From the NCBI GenBank assembly GCA_002189035.1, contig NEEC01000042.1, positions 1-64,000 of the forward strand: a DNA stretch of 64,000 nucleotides. The letters are read 5' to 3'. The translations under genes and the position numbers were made by a program. Source of the stretch: Utricularia gibba (taxonomy: Eukaryota; Plantae; Magnoliophyta). How positions within the stretch are numbered: position 1 is the first letter of the stretch; every line of letters starts with the position of its first letter. Below the pieces are notes generated by a model. It saw nothing but the letters and a program-made list of their open reading frames with translations. It did no database searches and was not told the DNA's origin. Shown in pieces: positions 1 to 8,217 of this stretch.

Positions 1-884
1 AAACAACTTGCTTTATACTTGTGGAGGCGGTCTTGGGGTGCACCTGGAACGGGACAAAGGTCAGGGTCAGCTTGGGCCGAGAGTTAGTTGTAGCCCGGCA
101 AATAAAATGTTGGTCCGGGCCCCCGATTCTTTATGACTCATGAGGACAAAGGATGCAAATCGATGAATACAATGATGCATTTGTTTAAATGACGATATCA
201 CGTGCACCCTACATGATTTTTTCAACAACTTACTTTATACTTGAGGAGGTGGTCTTGGGGGGCAAGGGGAACCGGAAAAAGGTCAGCTTAGGCTTGGGCC
301 GAAAGTAAGTTGTAGCCCGGCAAATAAAGTGATGTATTTCTTAACGTTTGGTTTTCGGGGTTGCCTACATGGTTTTTCAAGGTACAGCTTCTTGTTTTGT
401 GGCGGCCAGTCTCACTAGGAACTTGGTCCGGGCCCCCGATTCTTTATGGCTCATGAGTACAAAGGATGCAAATCGATGAATACAATGATGCATTTGTTTA
501 AATTACGATATCACGTGCATCCTACACATGATTTTTTCAACAACTTACTTTATACTTGAGGAGGTGCTCTTCGGGGGCAAGAGGAACCGGAAAGAGGTCA
601 GCTTAGGCTTGGGCTGAAAGTAAGTGTTATCCCGGCAAAGAAAGTGATGTATTTATTAACGTTCGGTTTTCAGGGTTGCCTTTATGGTTTTACAAGGTAC
701 AACTTCCCGTTTTGTGGCGGCCAGTCTCACTAGGAACTTGGTCCGGGCCCCCGATTCTTTATGCCTCATGAGGACAAAGGATGCAAATCGATGAATACAA
801 TGATGCATTTGTTTAAATTACGATATCACGTGCACCCTACATGATTTTTTCAACAACTTACTTTATACTTGAGGAGGTGGTCTT
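1..884. repeat. Tandem satellite (~313-bp monomer), left flank of the retrotransposon; about 2.5 monomers, the first with an internal ~90-bp deletion
   Basis: GATATCACGTGCA recurs at 194, 507 and 822 (spacing 313, 315). Same sequence and orientation as the array starting at 8218. Confidence 0.97.
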
Positions 885-1158
885 CGATGTGTCCCTCTAA
901 TCTATAGAGATTAGCAACCCACAAAAAAGAGGTGATTTTGAAGCTTAGAAGAGAACCCACCGAAGTCTACCCTCAAGAGAATAAATCTCTTGCAACCAGA
1001 CTTCGAAACAAAGAAAATTAGGAGCCACACTTCAGAAAGAGAGATTGATTGGAAGTGATAATCCTAGAACGCCACAAGCTCAAAGCTTGATAAGTTAAGA
1101 GTGTTCAAGCACTCAAAGGAGAGGGGAATCCTCACAAGATACATAAAATGACCAAAGA
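885..1158 (-). repeat. Host 3' LTR, distal part (putative R/U5); terminus altered (cGATGTGtCC vs TGATGTGACC)
   Basis: Matches 7615-7888 (274 bp) except for 4 substitutions and two 1-bp indels. Confidence 0.93.
1154..1158. other. Left copy of the 5-bp target-site duplication (AAAGA) of the nested solo LTR
   Basis: AAAGA directly precedes TGATG at 1159. The same 5-mer follows CATCA at 1762-1766 and occurs once at the uninterrupted site in the 5' LTR (7884-7888). Confidence 0.92.
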
Positions 1159-1384
1159 TGATGAGCCCCAGGAAGATAATGAAGTGTATTTGAAGAATGA
1201 TGAGGAGTTTGTTCAAGTGAACAAATTAGAAAGAAAGATGTTTCCACCAGGACCAATGACTAGGAGCAAGACAAAGATGGTTGAAGATACACTTAAGGGT
1301 CTACTCAATACCATTGGAATCAAAGATGGGCTTGAAGACATCCCATCAAAAGAGGTCAACTACTTGAAGATGGACTTAACTTAG
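1159..1384 (+). pseudogene. LTR-encoded integrase C-terminal tail (CR-motif-like, DDEPQED...PPGPMTRSKTK...KMDLT*) carried by the solo LTR; not an independent gene
   Basis: ORF track 1148-1384; same peptide on the minus strand at 7992-8217. GP(M/I)TRS(R/K) is typical of CRM integrase tails. Confidence 0.75.
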
Positions 1385-1448
1385 AGCATTGGGCTTGTTA
1401 GACTTTTCTATTTCATTTAGTTTGGACTATGTAATGTTAGAGCTCAAT

Positions 1449-1470
1449 TCTAGAGTATATTTACTCTAGA
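1449..1470 (+). promoter_or_regulatory. Perfect 9-bp-stem hairpin TCTAGAGTA-tatt-TACTCTAGA with a TATA-like core (TATATTTA) in the solo LTR
   Basis: Inverted repeat read directly. Equivalent hairpins occur at 1783-1804 and 7906-7927. Confidence 0.55.
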
Positions 1471-1761
1471 GATGTACTAATTCAGGATCTTTGGTCATTT
1501 TATGTATCTTGTGAGATTCCTCTCTCCTTTGAGTGCTTGAACACTCTTAACTTATCAAGCTTTGAGCTTGTGGCGTTCTAGGATTATCACTTCCAATCAA
1601 TCTCTCTTTTCTGAAGTGTGGCTCCTAATTTTCTTTGTTTCGAAGTCTGGTTGCAAGAGATTTATTCTCTTGAGGGTAGACTTCGGTGGGTTCTCTTCTA
1701 AGCTTCAAAATCACCTCTTTTTTGTGGGTTGCTAATCTCTATAGATTAGAGGGTCACATCA

Positions 1762-1766
1762 AAAGA
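1762..1766. other. Right copy of the AAAGA target-site duplication
   Basis: AAAGA follows the solo-LTR terminus CATCA (1757-1761), then host LTR sequence resumes (T(C)CTGAATTAG). Confidence 0.92.
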
Positions 1767-2093
1767 TCTGAATTAGTACATCTCTAGAGTATTTATACTC
1801 TAGAATTGGGCTCTAACATTACATAGTCCAAACTAAATGAAATAGAAAAGTCTAACAAGCCCAATGCTCTAAGTTAAGTCCATCTTCAAGTAGTTGACCT
1901 CTTTTGATGGGATGTCTTCAAGCCCATCTTTGATTCCAATGGTATTGAGTAGACCCTTAAGTGTATCTTCAACCATCTTTGTCTTGCTCCTAGTCATTGG
2001 TCTGGTGGAATCATCTTTCTTTCTAATTTGTTCACTTGAACAAACTCCTCATCATTCTTCAAATACACTTCATTATCTTCCTGGGGCTCATCA
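1767..2093 (-). repeat. Host 3' LTR, proximal part (putative U3), starting TGATG on the minus strand at 2093
   Basis: Matches 7889-8217 with 4 substitutions and two 1-bp deletions; directly follows the PPT. Confidence 0.94.
1790..1797 (-). promoter_or_regulatory. Candidate TATA box (TATAAATA on the element sense strand) in the loop of the LTR hairpin 1783-1804
   Basis: The minus strand reads TCTAGAG-TATAAATA-CTCTAGA. Function is inferred, not shown. Confidence 0.55.
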
Positions 2094-3143
2094 TCCCCCT
2101 TTCTTTACGAAGATTCGTCCCTGAATCTGTATCCATGTCGAAAAGAGACAAATCAGCAACATTGAAAGTTGAATGAACAGAATACTCACCTGGTAAATCT
2201 AGCTTGTACGCATTATCATTAACGCGCTCAACAACTTGGAAAGGGCCATCTCCACGAGGTAGAAGTTTGGACTTTCTCTTTGTGGGAAATCTCTCCTTCC
2301 TAAGATGAAGCCAAACCCAATCTCCAGGTTCAAATACAACTTTGCGTCTCCCCTTGTTTGCTGCTGATGCATACTTTGCATTGTTGCATTCAATCTGTTG
2401 TTTCACCTTTTCATGCAATCTTCTGATTGCATCAGCTCTCTTCTTGCCATCTAAACTAACTTTCTCATCACAAGGCAAACGTAACATATCCAAAGGTGTA
2501 AGAGGATTAAAACCATAAACGACTTCAAATGGAGATAATTTAGTAGTTAGATGCATGGTTCTATTGTAAGCAAACTCAACAAGTGGCAAACATTCCTCCC
2601 AAGTCTTAAGATTTGATTTAATCATAATCCTAAGTAAGGTAGAAAGTGTGCGATTAGTTACCTCAGTTTGCCCATCGGTTTGAGGGTGACATATTGTTGA
2701 GTATAACAGCTTAGTGCTAAGTTTACTCCAAAGAACTCTCCAAAAGTGACTAAGAAACCTTGCATCTCGATCAGAGACAATAGTTAGGGGCATACCATGA
2801 AGTCTAACAACTTCCCTAAAGAAGAGATCAGCCACATGAGATGCATCATCAGTTTTATGGCAGGGAATAAAGTGTGCCATCTTTGAAAACCTGTCCACAA
2901 CAACGAAAATTGAATCTCTACCCCTTTGGGTACGAGGTAAGCCTAAAACAAAGTCCATAGAAATGTCCACCCATGGTTGGGAAGGAGTAGGGAGTGGAGT
3001 ATACAAACCATTAGGGGCAGTGGTTGATTTAGCCTTCCTACAAGAGATACATCTAGAACAAATTCTTTCAACATCCCTTCTCATGTGTGGCCAAAAGAAA
3101 TGTTGGGTGAGAGTATCAAGAGTCTTTTTAACACCAAAATGTC
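2059..3143 (-). pseudogene. pol: Integrase part of pol: HHCC zinc finger (CISC), catalytic core (MDFVLG...SDRD...GQTE), GPF motif; frameshifted from the upstream pol ORF at ~3143 and from the LTR tail at ~2095
   Basis: ORF 2059-3084 (341 aa) has clear retroviral integrase motifs. Adding one G at 3143-3144 gives [34 protein letters not shown] in frame. Confidence 0.92.
2094..2106 (-). promoter_or_regulatory. Polypurine tract (AAAGAAAGGGGGA) priming plus-strand synthesis
   Basis: All-purine run on the minus strand directly abutting the TGATG of the 3' LTR. Confidence 0.9.
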
Positions 3144-5771
3144 CATTAGTCCCCCACCATGAGCTTCTCTAACAATCAAATCACGTATGGAGCAAGAAGG
3201 AATGCACAGCCTATCTTTCCTATAAAGAAAACCATCTTTCCTGAAGAATAGCCCAGATGTAGCAAGTTCACATGCCTTATAAATATCCCCAAAATCGTGA
3301 TCATGAACATATAAGTCAATGATGGAAGCAAATCCAAGAATTCTTGCATCAAGATTGGCTAAGAGAGTGTACCTTCGAGATAAAGCATCAGCAACCACAT
3401 TCTCCTTACCTTTCTTGTATTTGATCACATATGGGAATGTGTCAATGAATTCCACCCACTTAGCATGTCTTCTATTCAGCTTTACTTGAGCCTTCAAATG
3501 TTTGAGAGACTCATGATCAGTGTGTATCACGAACTCCTTAGGCCATAAGTAGTGCTGCCATGTCTCCAAAGCTCTAACCAACGCATACAACTCTTTGTCA
3601 TATGTTGGATAGTTGAGGGTGGCACCATGAAGCTTCTCACTAAAATAAGCAAGTGGACGTCCCTTTTGCATCAACACAGTACCAATCCCTAAACCTGATG
3701 CATCACATTCAATTTCAAAAGTATCAGAAAAATTTGGAAGTGCTAGGAGAGGTGTTGAGCAAAGCTTATTCTTGAGTTGTTTGAAAGCATGTTCCTGCTC
3801 ATCTCCCCAATGAAATGCATGATTTTTCTTGATCAACTGGGTGAGGGGTGCTGCTATAGAACTGAAGTCCCTAACAAACCGTCTATAGAAACTTGCTAAA
3901 CCATGAAAACTCCTAACTTCACCCACTGATGTAGGTGTTGGCCATTCTTTGATTGCTCTTACTTTCTCTTCATCCACAGCTACTCCTGCATTACTTACAA
4001 CATATCCAAGAAAAGAGACACTATTTGTGCAAAAGACACACTTTTTGATATTAGCAAACAACTTCTCTTTTCTAAGAGTATCTAACACATCTTTCAAATG
4101 CCCTATATGTTCCTCAATACTTTTACTATAGATCAGAATATCATCAAAATAAACAACAACAAATCTACCTATAAAAGGCCTAAGAACGTGATTCATCAAT
4201 CTCATAAAGGTGCTAGGAGCATTGGTTAACCCAAAAGGCATAACAACCCACTTATACAAACCAAACTTAGTTTTAAAAGCAGTTTTCCACTCATCACCTT
4301 CCTTCATTCTAATCTGATGATATCCACTTCTCAAATCAATCTTACTAAAAACACAAGCACCATGCAATTCATCAAGCATATCTTCAAGTCTAGGGATAGG
4401 ATGTCTATACTTGATTGTGATGTTGTTGATGGCGCGACAATCAGTGCACATCCGCCAAGTTCCATCAGACTTTGGAACCAATAACACCGGCACCGAGCAA
4501 GGACTCATGCTCTCACGCACAAATCCTTTAGACACCAATTCCTCAACTTGTTTTTGTATTTCCTTCGTCTCCTCTGGATTGGCTCGGTATGCTGGTCGGT
4601 TTGGGAGTTGTGCTCTAGGGACAAGGTCAATTTGATGCTCAATCCCTCTAAGGGGAGGTAAGCCTTGAAGTTCTTCTGGAAAAACATCTTCATATACATG
4701 TAAGAGAGACACAACACAAGATGGAATGGATGAAGCATGGTTAGGTGAAGTATGAACTTCATCCTTATACATGAGTAGAATGAATGGTTGCCTAGCATAA
4801 AGTAAGTGTCTAATCTCACTTGGCCTTGCTAATAGACTCTCATTCTTTCTCTCAATTCCTAAAACTCTCATGTTTTCACTCTCTGTTTTGTGCTCATTTT
4901 CATCCTTTTTTTCACTCAATTCCTTGCCATCTCTTCTTTTTTCTCCACTTTTTCGCATCTTTTTTTCACTCATTTTCACTTCACTCATCTCTTCTCCCTT
5001 ACGAACGACCACCTTGTGCTTTCCATTATCAGTATGAAGGCCTCTAGCATCACTCAGAATTCTGACTTGATCTTCATGTGCCTCCTTTGGAGATAATGGA
5101 GCAAGTGTGATGGAGCGTCCATTATAATTGAAGGAATATTTGTTCTTGAAACCATCATGAAATGCTCTTCTATCATATTCCCAAGGTCTCCCAAGAAGAA
5201 TATGGCTTGCATGCATAGGAACAACATCACATAGGACTTCATCTTCATATCTCCCTATGGAAAACGTCACAAGCACTTGTTTGGTAACCTTTACCTCAAT
5301 TACTTCATTGAACCACTGCAGATTGTAAGGCTTAGGATGCCTCACGGTGGGTAGTCCCAATTTCTCCACCAAGATGTTGCTAGCAACATTGGTGCAACTA
5401 CCTCCATCAATAATCAGGCTGCAAACTTTCCTATTAACAAAGCATCGGGTTTGAAACAAGTTCTCCCTTTGCTCTTCATTATCCTTCACCCCAATGTTAA
5501 GCGTCCTTCGAGTGACTAATACTTCTCCAGAAACAGGCAATTCATCCTCATCACTCACTTCAGCTTCTGTCTCCACTAGATCATCATCATCTTCACTAAC
5601 AACTTCGCCATTGCCCCTAATCACCATTGCTCGTTTATTTGGGCATTCAGAAGCAATATGTCCAAGTCCCAAGCATTTGAAACATTTTATGTTTCTGGTA
5701 GTTCCCTTTGGAGGTGTTGTTCGCTCCCCTTGCTTGGAACTTGATTGGATGTCGAATTTGAAGTGTTCCAT
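3081..5771 (-). pseudogene. pol: Gag C-terminus/Pol polyprotein segment: CCHC zinc knuckle ([14 protein letters not shown], ~5643-5684), aspartic protease (LIIDGGS, ~5400-5420), reverse transcriptase (YFDD, ~4140-4151), RNase H (ECDASG...TDHESL)
   Basis: 896-aa ORF with canonical Ty3/gypsy motifs ([34 protein letters not shown]). Confidence 0.95.
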
Positions 5772-5784
5772 GGATGACTTCCCT

Positions 5785-6783
5785 TTATTTCTCCATCATC
5801 TCATTGGTGCCCCCAAATTTCGAACCAGAAGTCCTCTTGTTGAAATCTCTTGCGAAACTCTTGCTAGATAGTTGTTTCTCAACCTTTGTGGCCATATGAA
5901 TCATGTCCTCCATCTCAATGTAGTGATGAAGCTCCACAATATTTGCAATCTCCTTATTCATCCCATGAAGAAACCTAGCCATAGTTGCTTCTCTATCTTC
6001 CTGAACATGAGCTCTAATCAGTAAAATCTCCATTTCCTGCCAATATTCCTCCACTGGCCTTGAGCCCTGCTTGAGATTTTGCAAACGTTGATAAACATCT
6101 CTTTGGTAATGGTTTGGAACAAACCGCCTCCTCATAACTTTTTTCATCTCAACCCAAGTGTGAATTGGTTCTTCAGAGTCAATCCTTCTTTTAGCCACCA
6201 ATTGATCCCACCAAATGATAGCATACTCACTAAATTCCATGGAGGCCAATCTGATTTTCTTTTCGTCAGAGAAGGTGTTGCAATCAAAGACATGTTCTAC
6301 TCTTGTTTCCCATTGGAGATATGCATCTGGATCATTCTTTCCTTGAAATTGAGGTATCTTCATCTTGATGTTGTTAACATCCTTTCCAATTCTTCCTCCG
6401 TCTCTTCTACCTCCCTGATCTCGAAATCTTCTTGTATCCCCATGCACAAAATCATTTTCACTATATTCAATGTAGTCATCTTCTTCATCATTATTCAGGG
6501 TTCGATCTCTTCTTCCAACAGTCCTTGCACTTCGTTGATCACTTAAGTCATGTTCAGTGTTGATGCGTTGATGCAATTGACTACCTCGACCCCTTCCAGC
6601 AGCATAATTATCTTGTCTTCGTGCTCTTGCAACATTTTGCAAAGAATTTTCGTGTTCATCAAGCCTGACATTTATGTTTTCCAGAATGCGATGCAATCTA
6701 GTGAACTCCTGTTGCATAGCTTTCAAAGTGAACCTCCCATCCGGTGAGTCATCCTTTTCATGCTCACTTCTGGAATTTGACAT
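5785..6783 (-). pseudogene. gag: Gag (retrotransposon capsid-like domain), likely ATG at 6783 (MSNSRSEHEK...), out of frame with the downstream zinc knuckle/pol ORF
   Basis: ORF 5785-6816 contains KMKIPQFQGKNDPDAYLQWE...LQNLKQGSRPVEEY, typical of plant gypsy Gag. The ORF-track start at 6816 is TTG. Confidence 0.9.
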
Positions 6784-7599
6784 GCTAAATACTGGACAAA
6801 AGAAAACGAGCAGCAAGGAAGAAAAGAGACTAAACTAAAAAGAACAAAGAAACACACACAAGATTTACCACTCAATACTCAAGCTTCAAGTCCTTGATGC
6901 ACTCTTTAATGTCATCATGCTTGTTCTCATGGCATCTAACGAATTAATCACTTCCAGATTGGTATTGATTATAGTGTAATGATGGAGTTAGGTGAGGGTG
7001 GCAGTATTAATAGTCTCAAGATGGAGACAAAGGGAAGTGTTTAAATTAAATTGGTTGCTTGTTGGAATAGATAAATAGGAAGGATGGACAACAAGGTAAG
7101 AACAGATGAAATCAGAGAATAGAGCACTACACACGAAATGTGTTGCTTGCTAAACTATAGAAATACAGAAATGGGCAATCAACAAAGAGAATAGTCAAAT
7201 GGAAAGGTGGGGACACGTGAATGACAGGGGATGGGAATTGAAGATAAGAAAAACAACAATAAAGTGGTTGGTTGGTGGAATGGGAAAAGTAGAGAGGTGG
7301 GCCACAATTTAAACATACATAATAATGGATGATAGTGATGAGTAATGGATATTCACCTTCACACTCCTTATCCTCTTGCACACTTGAAAATGATATTCAA
7401 TGTGTTCTTGCTATTCAATTGACACTCAATTTCGAGCTCTTCTTCAATCAACTTCCTGTGAACCTCCCTTTTTTTTTTGTACTAAAGCCAAAAGTAATAA
7501 GGACTTGGCTTGAACGATTTTTTTTTTTTTTTTTTTGAATAGGCAGGAATGGAAGAACTCAAACAAGAACTGGATAATAATAAGGATAAGGAACCCAAA
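6784..7599 (-). other. 5' leader/UTR of the retrotransposon (~815 bp): pyrimidine-rich on the sense strand, with A19 (7518-7536) and A10 (7469-7478) tracts
   Basis: Lies between the PBS and the gag ATG; no credible ORF; homopolymers read directly. Confidence 0.8.
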
Positions 7600-7611
7600 G
7601 CTCTGATACCA
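7600..7611 (-). promoter_or_regulatory. Primer binding site TGGTATCAGAGC, complementary to the 3' end of initiator tRNA-Met
   Basis: The plus strand reads GCTCTGATACCA, 3 nt from the LTR end at 7615. This is the canonical plant PBS. Confidence 0.95.
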
Positions 7612-7614
7612 AAA

Positions 7615-8217
7615 TGATGTGACCCTCTAATCTATAGAGATTAGCAACCCACAAAAAAGAGGTGATTTTGAAGCTTAGAAGAGAACCCACCGAAGTCTAC
7701 CCTCAAGAGAATAAATCTCTTGCAACCAGACTTCGAAACAAAGAAAATTAGGAGCCACACTTCAGAAAAGAGAGATTGATTGGAAGTGATAATCCTAGAA
7801 CGCCACAAGCTCAAAGCTTGATAAGTTAAGAGTGTTCAAGCACTCAAAGGAGACAGGAATCTCACAAGATACATAAAATGACCAAAGATCCTGAATTAGT
7901 ACATCTCTAGAGTAAATATACTCTAGAATTGAGCTCTAACATTACATAGTCCAAACTAAATGAAATAGAAAAGTCTAACAAGCCCAATGCTCTAAGTTAA
8001 GTCCATCTTCAAGTAGTTGACCTCTTTTGATGGGATGTCTTCAAGCCCATGTTTGATTCCAATGGTATTGAGTAGACCCTTAAGTGTATCTTCAACCATC
8101 TTTGTCTTGCTCCTAGTCATTGGTCCTGGTGGAATCATCTTTCTTTCTAATTTGTTCACTTGAACAAACTCCTCATCATTCTTCAAATACACTTCATTAT
8201 CTTCCTGGGGCTCATCA
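7615..8217 (-). repeat. 5' LTR (603 bp), intact, TGATG...CATCA termini
   Basis: The plus strand begins TGATGTGACC (7615) and ends GGCTCATCA (8217); satellite resumes at 8218. Confidence 0.96.

Larger units (their letters stand above)
1159..1761 (+). mobile_element. Solo LTR (603 bp) of the same CRM family, inserted in opposite orientation into the host 3' LTR
   Basis: Starts TGATGAGCCCC and ends GTCACATCA. Reverse complement of 7615-8217 with only 3 substitutions and no indels. Flanked by an AAAGA TSD; no PBS or PPT adjacent. Confidence 0.95.
885..8217 (-). mobile_element. Ty3/gypsy LTR retrotransposon, chromovirus CRM (centromeric retrotransposon) clade, near full length, with a nested solo LTR in its 3' LTR
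   Basis: Two ~600-bp LTRs with TGATG/CATCA termini; PBS TGGTATCAGAGC; PPT; domain order gag-zinc knuckle-PR-RT-RNase H-integrase (gypsy order); integrase tail extending into the LTR with GPMTRSKTK; embedded in satellite. Confidence 0.93.

Noticed and set aside
885-2093. Interpretation as a long-read fold-back chimera, or as a DNA transposon/MITE with terminal inverted repeats
   Set aside because: The inverted segment is exactly one complete LTR with both termini and a 5-bp TSD, and it has its own SNPs. A fold-back would mirror around a single point. Read-level confirmation is still advisable.
1894-6747. Plus-strand ORFs antisense to the retrotransposon (1894-2124, 5494-5871, 6079-6546 and others)
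   Set aside because: These are low-complexity shadow ORFs of the LTR, gag and pol, with no motifs.
885-8217. Absolute insertion age from LTR divergence
   Set aside because: The species and substitution rate are unknown, the LTR pair may be recombinant, and some differences may be sequencing errors.
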